From an uncultured Chloroflexia bacterium (lineage in GTDB: Bacteria; Chloroflexota; Limnocylindria; QHBO01), in the NCBI GenBank assembly GCA_963827475.1, contig CAWHAZ010000005.1:256001-320000 (forward strand): DNA of 64,000 nt, in the 5' to 3' direction. The notes under the pieces were generated by a model, which saw only the letters and a list, made by a program, of their open reading frames with translations, had not been told where the DNA came from and searched no databases. Shown piece by piece: positions 1-10,343 of the stretch (its first letter is position 1; the number at the start of each line of letters is the position of its first letter). Made by a program: the position numbers and the translations under genes.

Positions 1-1
1 G

Positions 2-1399
2 GCCGGGACCACGGCCTGGTCATCGCTGCCCGAGCTGGTCGTGTCGGTGATGGATGGTCGGAGCGTGTGGGCCGACCACTACGCGCCGGTCCAGCAGGCG
101 CTGGCCGCCCTCGGCGACGAGGCGCGCACGGTCCGGATCGTGCCCAGCACCAGCCTGATCTTCCTCCCGTACACGGTGGAGGGCGAGGACCTGCCCGCCG
201 GCTTCCAGTTCGCCCGGGAGAAGGCGCGGACCCTCGCCGCCTGGGGCGCGACCCTGCCGGGCGCCGGGCCGGAGCCCGCGCAGGCACCCCCCGTCACGTG
301 GCCCGAGATTGGCACCCTGGAAACCCGCGCCTCGCGCGCCGAGCGTGCCGCGGCCCAGGCGGACCTCGACCTGCCCGCCTACCCGACCACGACCATCGGC
401 TCACTGCCCCAGACGTCCGACGTGCGACAGCTGCGCGTCAAGCTGGGCCGGGGGGAGATCGACGAAGCCGCCTACGACGCCGAGATCACCCGGCTCATCC
501 ACCACGCCATCCGCTGGCAGGAGGAGATGGGCCTCGACGTCCTGGTCCACGGCGAGTTCGAGCGGACCGACATGGTCGAGTACTTCGCGGTCCAGATGGA
601 CGGCTACCACACCACCAAGGCCGGATGGGTGTCCTCGTACGGCAGCCGATGCACCCGCCCGCCCATCCTCGCGGCCCCGCCGACCATCAGCGAACCGATG
701 ACCGTCGCCGAGTGGCGGATCGCCCAGGACGCGACCGACAAGCCGGTCAAGGGCATGCTCACCGGCCCCGTCACCATCGTGAACTGGAGCTTCCGCCCGC
801 CCGGCATCGACGACGACCGCCTGTTCTGGGCGGTGGCCCAGCCGATCGCCGAGGAGGTCCGCCACCTGGTCGACGCCGGAGCGCGGGTCATCCAGGTCGA
901 CGAGCCGGCGGTCCGAGAGCGCTGGCCCCTGCCCACCGCCGACGCCGAGACAAAGCGCGAGATCTACGCGCGGGGCGTGCGCGCCGCGCTGGACCATGTC
1001 TTCAACCAGCCGGCCGGGGTCCAGATGCACACCCACATGTGCTACGGGACCGATGCGTCGATCGCTGCGCTGTGGACCGACGTCGGCGTGGACGTGGCGT
1101 CCATCTGGTACGCCCGCTCGGTGGACGATGACCGGATCCGGGCCTTCTATGTCGGACCCTCGGACGGACATCTCCAGATCGGGCCGGGCCTGTTCGACGT
1201 CCACTCCCCGCACACCCCGGGAAGCGAGATCATGGACGAGCGACTCCGCCACTTCGAGGACTACATGGCGCCGTCCGACGTGTGGGCCAACCCCGACTGC
1301 GGGATGAAGACCCGGACCTGGGACGAGATCGAGCGCCAGCTGACCGACATGGTGGCGGCGGCCCGCCGCCGGCGGGCCGCCATCGGCTCCGAGCCCTGA
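2..1399 (+). CDS. metE: Cobalamin-independent methionine synthase (5'-truncated by window), divergent
   Basis: Frame open from window edge; motifs PTTTIGSLPQT, LDVLVHGEFERTDMVEYF, SYGSRCTRPP, KGMLTGPVT, IQVDEPA, HTHMCY, GPGLFDVHSP, NPDCGMKTR. Confidence 0.9.
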   Translation, partial: AGTTAWSSLPELVVSVMDGRSVWADHYAPVQQALAALGDEARTVRIVPSTSLIFLPYTVEGEDLPAGFQFAREKARTLAAWGATLPGAGPEPAQAPPVTWPEIGTLETRASRAERAAAQADLDLPAYPTTTIGSLPQTSDVRQLRVKLGRGEIDEAAYDAEITRLIHHAIRWQEEMGLDVLVHGEFERTDMVEYFAVQMDGYHTTKAGWVSSYGSRCTRPPILAAPPTISEPMTVAEWRIAQDATDKPVKGMLTGPVTIVNWSFRPPGIDDDRLFWAVAQPIAEEVRHLVDAGARVIQVDEPAVRERWPLPTADAETKREIYARGVRAALDHVFNQPAGVQMHTHMCYGTDASIAALWTDVGVDVASIWYARSVDDDRIRAFYVGPSDGHLQIGPGLFDVHSPHTPGSEIMDERLRHFEDYMAPSDVWANPDCGMKTRTWDEIERQLTDMVAAARRRRAAIGSEP

Positions 1400-1403
1400 C
1401 CCG

Positions 1404-2240
1404 ATGCTCTCCGAGCCCGATGGCTGGGTGGAGATGGTCGAGGTCAACCCGCCGAAGCTCCCGAACCTCACCCACCGACGCCTCGAGGGCCGCTGGCACG
1501 ACGTCCTGATCACCGACAACCCGTTCAAGCAGGTCCGGATGTCGCCGTACGCGTTCGCCGCACGGATCACCCATGACGTCCCCGATGTGCGGCCGACCGT
1601 CGTCTGCTCGACCCGGGATCGGAACATCCTGGCCATCGAGAGCGAGGTCCGCGGGGCGCTGGTCAACGGCGTCGAGTCATTCCTCGTGGTCCAGGGTGAT
1701 GTCCTGCCCGAGGTCGAGCACTGGAGCGACAGCTACGAGATCGTCGCCCACCTGCGCGCGCTGCAGGACACGGTGGCCCCGGTCCGGTTCGAGGTCGGGA
1801 TGTCGACCCGGTCGCGGAAGTGGATGCTCGAGCGCCGGATCGAGGCCGGCGGGCAGTTCTTCACCACCGGCCCGCTCATGGATCCCGACGGGGTCGAGGC
1901 GGTAGCCGAGCGACTGGGGATCGGTGCGGGGAGTGACCGGCCTCCGATCTACCTCGAGCTCACCCCGCCGTTCTCCTCGGCCTGGATCCACCGCCTCGAG
2001 GGCGTGGGCGCGATCCCGGTCAGCGACGGCCTTCGCCGGCGACTGGAACGCGTGCCCGAGGAGGACCGGCGTCGCGAGGCGTGGCGCGTCGCGCGGGAAA
2101 CGGCGTCCCGGGCCCGGGAGGTCGGGTTCTCCGGCGTGATCCTCATGGGCCTCCGTTTCGAGACGGTGGTCGGGGAGGCGCACGACATGTGGCACGCCAC
2201 CGATACCGCCGAGGACGCGCTCACCCCCGCCGCGCGCTGA
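1404..2240 (+). CDS. Methylenetetrahydrofolate reductase-family protein (MetF/YitJ-like), divergent
   Basis: EVNPP, ITDNP...RMSP, TRDRN, VQGD, EAGGQFFTT motifs; 4 nt after metE. Confidence 0.75.
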   Translation: MLSEPDGWVEMVEVNPPKLPNLTHRRLEGRWHDVLITDNPFKQVRMSPYAFAARITHDVPDVRPTVVCSTRDRNILAIESEVRGALVNGVESFLVVQGDVLPEVEHWSDSYEIVAHLRALQDTVAPVRFEVGMSTRSRKWMLERRIEAGGQFFTTGPLMDPDGVEAVAERLGIGAGSDRPPIYLELTPPFSSAWIHRLEGVGAIPVSDGLRRRLERVPEEDRRREAWRVARETASRAREVGFSGVILMGLRFETVVGEAHDMWHATDTAEDALTPAAR

Positions 2241-2273
2241 TCCCGATCGGGCCATCGCGCGACCAGCGTCGGG

Positions 2274-3566
2274 TCACGGGCCTCTGGCATCCACCACGAG
2301 AAGCCAGCCGGGGGGGATCTCGATCGAGCAGGGTCCCCTTGTCATGTCAACGCACTCTGCGAACGGACCCCATTCAACCGCTGGCAGGCCGGCCAGTTGA
2401 TAGTCCACCAGGATGCCGACGAGCAGCAAGACGCAGGTGAGCGCCAACAGGACTTTTCTGATTCTGTCGAGGGGCCACGACACGACCAGGCTCACATACA
2501 GGACAGCCTTTGGAATCAGGAAGAACCGTGCAGCAGCCATGGGCCAGAGGAGCATTTGCATGCTCGAGCCTGGCTGCGTCATCGCCCACAGGGCCAACAA
2601 CCAGCCTCCGGCCAAAGACAAGAGCAGGGCGCCTATCTCCAAGGAGCGGCCACGGATCCAGATAAGCGCCAGCGCTGTCGTCAAGGCGATACTGAGGAAC
2701 ACCGCCAAGGCCCCCGGTGATCCCGGCGGCCATAGAGCCGCAAGGCCGCTTTCGCCAAGGGCGGCCGTCGCCATCACCCGCTTAGCCAGGATCAGCACCG
2801 CGACACCGGGGTCGGAGGCCACGTCTGCGATGCTCCCTCGACGGCTCGAGCTCATGAGGAAGCCAAGCTGCATTCCGATGCCCAGAAGGGCAAGTGCAAG
2901 CAGCGTGATCGAATGGCGAGATCTATTGCGAAGGGCGCGCAAGGCGAGGGCCGGGATGCCGAAGAGGGCGACGAATCCGGACGTCGCGGCCAAGGCGACA
3001 TAACCGACCTCACCGAACTTGGCCCAGCCCCGGTGCGGATCGCGGAGCATGCCAAGGAGAACCAGCCCGACGCCCAGCCACCAATGGGCGTTGCTCAGCG
3101 TTGCGTAGGTTTCACCGACTCCGGGAGCGCAGAGCAGGGCCAGCATGCAAACGAACCTGGCCTGAATCGGAACCGGGTCCCGCCATCGCGACGAAAGCAC
3201 GATCCCGCATGACAGGACTGCGAAGATGATCGCAACGGCCGCATACAGCGTTGGCTGAGCCGACACGGGCAGGGGCGCGACGAGAGTGGCCGCGAGCCTT
3301 TGCGCCACGAAAATCTGGCCGGCGTACTCTGCGAACGCCGCGCTCCAACCTTGCTCAATCGCATCTTTGAAGAACACCGTGCCGTCTTCTCCCCAGAACG
3401 TCGGCGCGGTGAGGCTTGTTGGACTACGCATGATGTACATGCACGCCGCCACCAACAGCATGCTGGCCACGACCACGGTTGCCCGATGGCGTTCGTGAAT
3501 GCCGAAACGCTGAAATGGGTTGTGCCGTTGCGCTTCTCTTCGATTGAAGGGTCCGGCGTCAGCCAT
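2274..3566 (-). CDS. Polytopic membrane protein, probable GT-C-type glycosyltransferase
   Basis: About 10 hydrophobic segments; FWGEDG acidic motif in first loop after TM1; glycosylation gene context. Confidence 0.55.
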   Translation of the reverse strand: MADAGPFNRREAQRHNPFQRFGIHERHRATVVVASMLLVAACMYIMRSPTSLTAPTFWGEDGTVFFKDAIEQGWSAAFAEYAGQIFVAQRLAATLVAPLPVSAQPTLYAAVAIIFAVLSCGIVLSSRWRDPVPIQARFVCMLALLCAPGVGETYATLSNAHWWLGVGLVLLGMLRDPHRGWAKFGEVGYVALAATSGFVALFGIPALALRALRNRSRHSITLLALALLGIGMQLGFLMSSSRRGSIADVASDPGVAVLILAKRVMATAALGESGLAALWPPGSPGALAVFLSIALTTALALIWIRGRSLEIGALLLSLAGGWLLALWAMTQPGSSMQMLLWPMAAARFFLIPKAVLYVSLVVSWPLDRIRKVLLALTCVLLLVGILVDYQLAGLPAVEWGPFAECVDMTRGPCSIEIPPGWLLVVDARGP

Positions 3567-3617
3567 ACCCCGGCGCTCCCTTATCTTGGTGGTGCACTAT
3601 GAGCGACCCCGTAACCT

Positions 3618-5558
3618 TTGAACGATGAACTGACCGCGGCCGGCCGTGGCGCAGGCCCCCAGGAGAACTCCGGGCGGAGTCGGCTGGTGACCTGGTTCTG
3701 GATCCGCAAGCACGGTGCCGACCTGGCGCTCGGGACACTGATCGCGCTGGTCACGTGGCCAGTTCTCAACACTCCCCCGAGCATCGGTCTTGATGCCTCG
3801 TGGAAGGTTGGCCTGCACATGGCGGCTCAGGATGGAATGTCATTCGGGTCCGACATTCTCTTCACGTTCGGGCCGCTTGGATTCCTAGGTGATCCGCAGC
3901 CGTATCTGGGTAGGACGAGTGCGTTAGCCCTCGTCTTCGTTGGAGTCGTTCATGTCGGAGCATGCATCGGCTTGTTCCACCTCGCGCGGCTGGCCCTGGG
4001 AGGCCTAGCCGCATTTGCCCTCGTCATGGCGACAGCGTTCACGTTCCTCTGGGTGACGGGATGGATCCTCTATGGAGCCCTGATCTTCATTGTCAGTGCG
4101 ACCGCGGTCCTTCGCCGTTCGATCAATGGCACCGGGCTCGTCTTTGCGACAGTTCTGGGTGTTGCCGCGGGTATCTCTCTGCTCGGCAAACTCAACGTTG
4201 GCTTCGTGAGCTTCGTCATTGCAGGCATCGGGGTTCTGGGATCCGCGCACGACCCCCGTCGATCGGCGCTGACGTTTGGCGCGTCGACTCTGGCAGTGTT
4301 CATGGCGCTGTGGTTTGTCCTGTCCCAGGACGTCGGAGACCTCGCCGCTTACGCCCGCGGTGCAGTGGAGATCGCAGCTGGATTCGGACTCTCGATGTAC
4401 CAAGTCGATCCGCAGTCCAATTGGGCGGCTGGCGTCGCTGCGTTGGGCACAGGAATCTTTCTCTGCCTGGTCTGGATTCGCACTCGGGACGTGCCCAGAC
4501 GAGATCGGTTCGTCCTGTGGCTGCTTGTTGGTGCCATGGTTCTGGCAGCGTTTAAGGGAGGCTTCACGCGCCAGGGCCTCGGGATGGCGATCTATCTCGT
4601 CATATTGCTGTCTGTGTGGCCGGCGGTCGTGCCTCGAAATCTGTCCAGAGTGGCCATGGCCATGCCGGTGGCGGGGATACTCGCCATGGTCCTCGCCCTC
4701 ACCTCGCTGCCAATTGCCACGCTCGCAGACCCGGTGGCCCGCCTTCAGGCGGCTGTCCAACAGATGCGCACGGTGCTGATCGAACGGCATCAGGCGACAA
4801 TGGCCACCGCCTCGGCGCTGAGATCGCTGTACGCCTTGCCCGATGAGGTCGTTGCGCTCCTCGCCGGGCATTCGGCCGACATCCAGCCTTGGCAAGCATC
4901 GGTCGCGTATGCCTACCCTGAAATCCGGTGGAGTCCGCAGCCCGTGTTTCAGGCCTACGCAGCGTATACCCCGTACCTCGATCGCCAGAATGCCGATCTC
5001 CTGGTTGGGGTGCATGCCCCGGAGCGGGTACTGTGGCTGACCGATCCAGACGTCGGTCTGTCAATTGACGGCAGGAGTGTTTGGTTCGACTCGCCGGCAG
5101 CGAAGATCGAGATGGTTTGCCGGTATCTGCCGTTGGCATCCACTCCTGAGTGGCAAGTGCTCGGCAGGGTCGCCAACCGCTGCGGTCCCCCTATCCCCGT
5201 CTGGACGGCCGCGGGTGAGGTGGGAGCACCCGTTCAGATCCCGAGCGATCTACCGCCGGGCATTTTGACCATCCGCGTTTCCGGCATGGGCCAGGACTTC
5301 TTGACGAGGCTCATTACCCTCGCCTACGCGGCTCCTCCGTGGTACATCACGGTGGGGGGTGCGACATACCGAATCCCACTCGGGATCAATGGGGAGGCGA
5401 CGATAATTGCCGCCAACACTGATGTGGGACTCTCGGACGCACTGAGTCTTCCACCACCGCCGGATACCATCACGATAGGACCGAACGCAGGCGCTCCTGG
5501 GATCGGATCGCCACTGTCACTCGTTCTTGAGGTCATTCCGATAGGATCGGAGCCGTAG
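3618..5558 (+). CDS. Polytopic membrane protein with C-terminal soluble domain, probable GT-C-type glycosyltransferase
   Basis: GLDASW...FGSDILFTFGPLG first loop, many TM helices, extracytoplasmic tail; first gene of sugar operon. Confidence 0.55.
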   Translation: MNDELTAAGRGAGPQENSGRSRLVTWFWIRKHGADLALGTLIALVTWPVLNTPPSIGLDASWKVGLHMAAQDGMSFGSDILFTFGPLGFLGDPQPYLGRTSALALVFVGVVHVGACIGLFHLARLALGGLAAFALVMATAFTFLWVTGWILYGALIFIVSATAVLRRSINGTGLVFATVLGVAAGISLLGKLNVGFVSFVIAGIGVLGSAHDPRRSALTFGASTLAVFMALWFVLSQDVGDLAAYARGAVEIAAGFGLSMYQVDPQSNWAAGVAALGTGIFLCLVWIRTRDVPRRDRFVLWLLVGAMVLAAFKGGFTRQGLGMAIYLVILLSVWPAVVPRNLSRVAMAMPVAGILAMVLALTSLPIATLADPVARLQAAVQQMRTVLIERHQATMATASALRSLYALPDEVVALLAGHSADIQPWQASVAYAYPEIRWSPQPVFQAYAAYTPYLDRQNADLLVGVHAPERVLWLTDPDVGLSIDGRSVWFDSPAAKIEMVCRYLPLASTPEWQVLGRVANRCGPPIPVWTAAGEVGAPVQIPSDLPPGILTIRVSGMGQDFLTRLITLAYAAPPWYITVGGATYRIPLGINGEATIIAANTDVGLSDALSLPPPPDTITIGPNAGAPGIGSPLSLVLEVIPIGSEP

Positions 5559-5658
5559 CGGACCTACAAAGTCCGGCCTCTCAGGAAGGCACGTGTTGTC
5601 TGCTACCCTCATCCGGAGTCGACTGGGAGGGCCTCCATTGAGTGCCGGCAATCTGGAG

Positions 5659-6879
5659 ATGGCGGCGACAGCCACGAGCGTCGGAGCAGGCACGTTAGAC
5701 GTGGTCGTGGTTGGCGGCGCGGGGCATGTCGGTCTCCCGCTGAGCTTGACCCTTGCCCACGCTGGCTTGCGAGTGGGCATCTATGACATCGCGTCGCCAA
5801 TCCTCGCTCAGATCTCGAGGGCCGAGATGCCGTTCATCGAGAACGGCGCAGATACCCTCCTGTCGACCGTCCTCCAGTCCGGCCGTCTGGAGATGGCATC
5901 TCAGCCGGAGCTCTTGCGCCGTGCTGGGATCGTGGTGATCGTCATCGGCACGCCGATAGACGAGTTCCTCAATCCGTCGATGACTCTGTTCGAGCGCGCG
6001 GTAGACGACCTTGCCCCCTACATTCAACCGGGAGCTCTGGTGATCTTGCGAAGCACTGTATTCCCGGGCACATCTTCTTTCGTTGCTCAGGCTCTCTCTG
6101 CGCGCGGGTGTGTGGTCGATGTCGCGTTCTGCCCCGAGCGGGTTGCCGAAGGGCGCGCTCTCGAAGAGATTCTCAGTCTCCCGCAGATCATTGGTGCCGA
6201 TGACACCCAGGCAGGCGATCGGGCAGAAGAATTGTTCCGCAGGCTGGGAGCCGAGACGATACGCACGACGACGAAAGAGGCAGAGGTCGCGAAGCTGTTC
6301 ACGAACGCCTGGCGTTACATGAAATTCGCTGTGGCAAATCAATTCTTCATGATTGCCCACGCCGCGGGCATCGACTACAACCAGGTGCTGCATGCGGTCC
6401 GGCACGATTACCCTCGAGCACGCGACCTGCCGGGGCCCGGATTCGCCGCGGGGCCCTGCCTGCTGAAAGACACAATGCAGTTGGCCGCGTTCACCAGCGA
6501 CCATTTTCCGCTGGGTCAAGCAGCGATGCAGATCAACGAGGGTGTTCCCGCCTTCGTCGTTTCCGCGATGGAGAAGCGTTTTGGTTCGCTGCATGACCGA
6601 ACCATCGGCATACTCGGGATGGCCTTCAAGGCGGACTCGGACGATCCTCGCGCGTCACTCAGTTACAAACTGCGCAAGCTTCTGGCGTGGTCAGGCGCCC
6701 ATGTCCTCTGCACCGATCCGCACGTGCGCGATGCCCAGTTGGTTCCGTTGGAGCAGGTCCTGAGTGACAGCGAAATCCTGATTCTCGGGGCTCCGCACGC
6801 CGAGTATCAGGGCCTGAAAACGAGGGGAAGGGACGTGATCGACATCTGGGGAGCCCTGGGCAGCGGCATCCAGCTGTAG
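5659..6879 (+). CDS. Nucleotide-sugar 6-dehydrogenase (UDP-Glc/GDP-Man/WecC family)
   Basis: GGAGHVG Rossmann, LRSTVFPG, FCPERVAEG, KLFTN, catalytic GPCLLKD, GMAFKADSDDPR; start may be 5593-5659. Confidence 0.9.
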   Translation: MAATATSVGAGTLDVVVVGGAGHVGLPLSLTLAHAGLRVGIYDIASPILAQISRAEMPFIENGADTLLSTVLQSGRLEMASQPELLRRAGIVVIVIGTPIDEFLNPSMTLFERAVDDLAPYIQPGALVILRSTVFPGTSSFVAQALSARGCVVDVAFCPERVAEGRALEEILSLPQIIGADDTQAGDRAEELFRRLGAETIRTTTKEAEVAKLFTNAWRYMKFAVANQFFMIAHAAGIDYNQVLHAVRHDYPRARDLPGPGFAAGPCLLKDTMQLAAFTSDHFPLGQAAMQINEGVPAFVVSAMEKRFGSLHDRTIGILGMAFKADSDDPRASLSYKLRKLLAWSGAHVLCTDPHVRDAQLVPLEQVLSDSEILILGAPHAEYQGLKTRGRDVIDIWGALGSGIQL

Positions 6880-7901
6880 TGCGCGTTCTTGTCACAGGCG
6901 CGGCCGGATTCATCTGCGGTTACCTGATCGAGGAGCTCCTGTCCGCGGGGCACGAGGTCATCGGCCTGGACAACTACAGCAAGTACGGGCGCCTGTCCAA
7001 GAGCTACGACGAACACCCGAACTACCGATTCGTCGAAGGCGATGCCAAGGATCGTGGTCTCCTGAGTGACCTCGCCTCGGACTCAGACCAGGTCGTGGCA
7101 GCTGCGGCGATGATTGGCGGCATCAGCTACTTCCATGAGTTTGCCTTTGACCTACTTGCTGAGAACGAGCGGATCCTGGCCTCCACCTTTGACGCGGCGA
7201 TCGAGGCTCACAGGTCCCGGCGTCTGCAGCGGATCGTCGTGATCTCATCATCAATGGTGTTCGAGTCAGCGACGGTGTTCCCGACGCCCGAGGGCGCGCA
7301 GCTTGCTTCGCCGCCCCCTGTCAGCACCTATGGCTTTCAGAAGCTCTCCGCGGAGTACTTCGCGAAGGGTGCTTCAGAACAGTACGGACTGCCATACACG
7401 ATTCTCCGGCCGTTCAACTGCGTCGGAATCGGCGAACGGCGCGCCCTGCGCGATTCCAATGTCATGAGCGGGAACGTGCAACTTGCACTCTCTCATGTCG
7501 TCCCTGATCTGGCGCACAAAGTTATCGCTGGCCAGGATCCACTCCACATTCTTGGCGACGGATCTCAGGTGCGGCATTACACGTATGGCGGGGACCTTGC
7601 GCGCGGCATCGTCAAGGCGATGGAGTCGCCAAGAGCCATCAACGAGGACTTCAATCTGTCGACGCGGGCCTCCACGACGGTTCTTGAACTCGCCCGCGCG
7701 ATCTGGAGCAAGGTGCATGGCACCGGTCGAGACTTCCGGTACGTATCAGACTCACCCTTCGAACACGATGTCCAGCGGCGAATCCCGGACGTGCGGAAAG
7801 CTCAGTCCGTGCTCGGGTTCGAGGCGACCACGACGCTGGACGAGATGCTCGACGAAGTGGTGCCTTGGATCCGCGGGGAGTACGAGGCCGGCCGGCTGTG
7901 A
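6879..7901 (+). CDS. NAD-dependent epimerase/dehydratase/decarboxylase (extended SDR)
   Basis: TGAAGFI, SSSMV, YGFQK (YxxxK), RPFN, GDGSQVR; overlaps upstream stop. Confidence 0.9.
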   Translation: MRVLVTGAAGFICGYLIEELLSAGHEVIGLDNYSKYGRLSKSYDEHPNYRFVEGDAKDRGLLSDLASDSDQVVAAAAMIGGISYFHEFAFDLLAENERILASTFDAAIEAHRSRRLQRIVVISSSMVFESATVFPTPEGAQLASPPPVSTYGFQKLSAEYFAKGASEQYGLPYTILRPFNCVGIGERRALRDSNVMSGNVQLALSHVVPDLAHKVIAGQDPLHILGDGSQVRHYTYGGDLARGIVKAMESPRAINEDFNLSTRASTTVLELARAIWSKVHGTGRDFRYVSDSPFEHDVQRRIPDVRKAQSVLGFEATTTLDEMLDEVVPWIRGEYEAGRL

Positions 7902-8566
7902 CCGATGACAAGGCGCTGGAGAGGGTCTACGAGCATCGATTTCCCGACTCGGAGGCGGTTAAGAAAGAGGCCGTCTGGAGCCAGATTTCACGGTACCTGC
8001 AGCGCTGGGTTCCCCGCAACGGCACGGTCCTTGACATCGGCTGCGACACCGGTCTTTTTGTTCGGCACATCCGGGCTCGCGAGCGCTGGGGGTCCGATAT
8101 CCGTGATGTGTCGCCGGCGCTCGCGCCTGATATCCACTTCGTGCGGGCCAGCGGTCTTGATCTCTTGCGCCACCTTCCGAGTGGCCACTTTGATGCCATC
8201 TTCATGAGCAATTACCTCGAGCATCTTCGCGACGGACACGCAGTCATCGAACAGTTCAATGTCGCTGCGGCGCTGCTGCGGCCTGGCGGCCGAGCGATCG
8301 TCCTTCAGCCCAACATCCGGCTGGTTGGCGGCCGGTATTGGGACTTCATCGATCATCGAGTTGCCTTAACTGAGCGAAGTCTGGTTGAGGCCGCCTCGCT
8401 CTCAGGGCTGGAGACTGAAGTCCTCTACACACGCTTCCTGCCGTATACGACCAAGAGCCGCCTGCCACAGGCGGCGTGGCTGGTTCGGGCATATCTGAGC
8501 TTCCCCCCAGCCTGGCGAGTTCTCGGTAAGCAGACGCTGTATGTCGGTCGCCGTCCGCGGCAGTAG
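7898..8566 (+). CDS. Class I SAM-dependent methyltransferase
   Basis: VLDIGCDTG, FDAIFMSNYLEH, LRPGG; GTGA overlap with SDR stop. Confidence 0.85.
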   Translation: MTDDKALERVYEHRFPDSEAVKKEAVWSQISRYLQRWVPRNGTVLDIGCDTGLFVRHIRARERWGSDIRDVSPALAPDIHFVRASGLDLLRHLPSGHFDAIFMSNYLEHLRDGHAVIEQFNVAAALLRPGGRAIVLQPNIRLVGGRYWDFIDHRVALTERSLVEAASLSGLETEVLYTRFLPYTTKSRLPQAAWLVRAYLSFPPAWRVLGKQTLYVGRRPRQ

Positions 8567-9554
8567 GTACGCAAGACTCGCTCCCTGGATTGGGCTTGCG
8601 ATCGCCGCCGCCTCCATCGCGATCCTCGCCCTCAACGTCGATCTCGGCGCGACGCTGGATAATCTCGCGGCCGCTGACTTTCGGCTCATGCTGCTTGTCT
8701 TGCCCGTCATGGGCGCGCAGCTGATGGTGCGGGCGGAGCGCTGGAAGCGCCTTCTCGCGGGGCTGGGGCACCATGCCGCGCGGCGTCGGCTGGTTCCCGT
8801 GCTGCTCGTGGGATATCTAGGGAACACCGCGCTGCCGGCTCGTGCTGGCGAGGTGATTCGGACCGGGCTCCTTTCGATCCGCGAGCAGATTCCCGGGGGT
8901 ACCGTTTTCGCGACTGTCGCCGTCGAACGCGTCCTGGACACGTTTACCCTCGGCCTCCTCGCGCTGGCAACCATGCTGGGCCTACTCGCCGGCGCGATTG
9001 GTTCGGCGGTTGTCGCCTCCGCCACTCTCGCCGTATTCGTCTCTATCGCGGCGCTGCTCCTGGCAAAAGGCTGTTCCCCGTGGGTCGCGCGGAAAGCCGG
9101 CGCGACTGCTGGTGGCCGCCTCCGCGGGATGGTCGGCGATTTCGCGGAGGCAATCAGCCGCTTGAAGGCGAGCACTCTGGTGGTGGCCGGGCTGTTGAGT
9201 GCTCTAGCCTGGGGAGGTGACGCGGTCCTGTTCTGGCTCTCTTCCCAGGCTGTCGGTCTTGACGCGTCCTTCGGCCAGGCATTTGTCATCGCATCGGTGG
9301 CCGTGATGGCAACCGCCATCCCGTCAGTGCCCGCCTACCTCGGGACCTTTGAACTCGCGTCCGTAGCCGCCGGCACGGCGCTCGGGCTGCCGCCGGAGGA
9401 GGTATTAGCCGTCGCTACCATCGCCCATGTGACAGTGATCGCAGTTGTCACCATCGCCGGTGCGACCTCAGCCATCCTGATTGGGTTCAGCTTCGGGAGC
9501 CGTTCCCGGATCGACGTCACCCTCCAACAACCTTCGGAGAGGGACCTTTCATGA
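8541..9554 (+). CDS. Lysylphosphatidylglycerol-synthase TM domain / UPF0104 flippase-like protein
   Basis: RAERW, GNTALPARAGE, ERVLD, IPSVPAYLGTFE motifs; multiple TMs. Confidence 0.85.
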   Translation: MSVAVRGSRYARLAPWIGLAIAAASIAILALNVDLGATLDNLAAADFRLMLLVLPVMGAQLMVRAERWKRLLAGLGHHAARRRLVPVLLVGYLGNTALPARAGEVIRTGLLSIREQIPGGTVFATVAVERVLDTFTLGLLALATMLGLLAGAIGSAVVASATLAVFVSIAALLLAKGCSPWVARKAGATAGGRLRGMVGDFAEAISRLKASTLVVAGLLSALAWGGDAVLFWLSSQAVGLDASFGQAFVIASVAVMATAIPSVPAYLGTFELASVAAGTALGLPPEEVLAVATIAHVTVIAVVTIAGATSAILIGFSFGSRSRIDVTLQQPSERDLS

Positions 9555-10309
9555 ACGAGCCGAGCCCAGTCGGTCCCGCAACCGAACTTTCACTGGTGCT
9601 CCCGGTCTACAACGAGGCCGAGAACATCGCGGGCGTCCTCCGCGCAGCGGCCACGCAGATAACTGCCTCTCACGAGGTGCTCGTCGTGTACGACTTCGAC
9701 AGTGACACGACGGTGCCCGTCGTTCAAGACCTCCTGCCATCCATGCCGGGTCTGAGACTACTGAAGAACGAGTTGGGCCCGGGAGTCCTCAATGCCATGC
9801 GGGCTGGCATTGCGGAAGCCCGGTCGCCCTACGTCCTGATCACAATGGCCGATGGCTCCGACGATCTCACGGGCGTCGACGACATGATGCGGCTCGCTCG
9901 AAGCGGCGCCGACTTGGTGGCGGCAAGCAGATACATGGCGGGTGGACACCAGCAGGGTGGCCCCGCGGCCAAGCGGGTTCTCAGTCGATTGGCTGGCTTG
10001 ACGCTGCACTGGTTCGGTGGCGTGCCAATCCATGACCCAACCAGCAACTTCAAGCTCTACAGTCGCCGACTGCTAGAGTCCGTCACCATCCAAGCCACGG
10101 GTGGCTTCGAGATGGCGATTGAGCTGACTGTAAAGGCCACCCTGGGCGGGTACCGTCTGGCCGAGGTCCCGACCACCTGGCGCGATCGAACGGCTGGGAC
10201 CAGCCGCTTCAAGTTTCGCGCCTGGCTCCCTTTGTACCTCCGGTGGTACGTCTTCCTCTACCGGGGTCGTGTTCGCCAGCTATTCAGGCAAGATCCGATC
10301 CCGAACTAG
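9551..10309 (+). CDS. GT2 polyprenyl-phosphate glycosyltransferase (DPM1/GtrB-like)
   Basis: LVLPVYNEAENI, ASRY, DPTSNFKLY, EVPTTWRDRTAGTS; ATGA overlap. Confidence 0.88.
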   Translation: MNEPSPVGPATELSLVLPVYNEAENIAGVLRAAATQITASHEVLVVYDFDSDTTVPVVQDLLPSMPGLRLLKNELGPGVLNAMRAGIAEARSPYVLITMADGSDDLTGVDDMMRLARSGADLVAASRYMAGGHQQGGPAAKRVLSRLAGLTLHWFGGVPIHDPTSNFKLYSRRLLESVTIQATGGFEMAIELTVKATLGGYRLAEVPTTWRDRTAGTSRFKFRAWLPLYLRWYVFLYRGRVRQLFRQDPIPN

Positions 10310-10343
10310 GTACAGGGCGGTGGGCTGACTTGGCCATGGCCGC

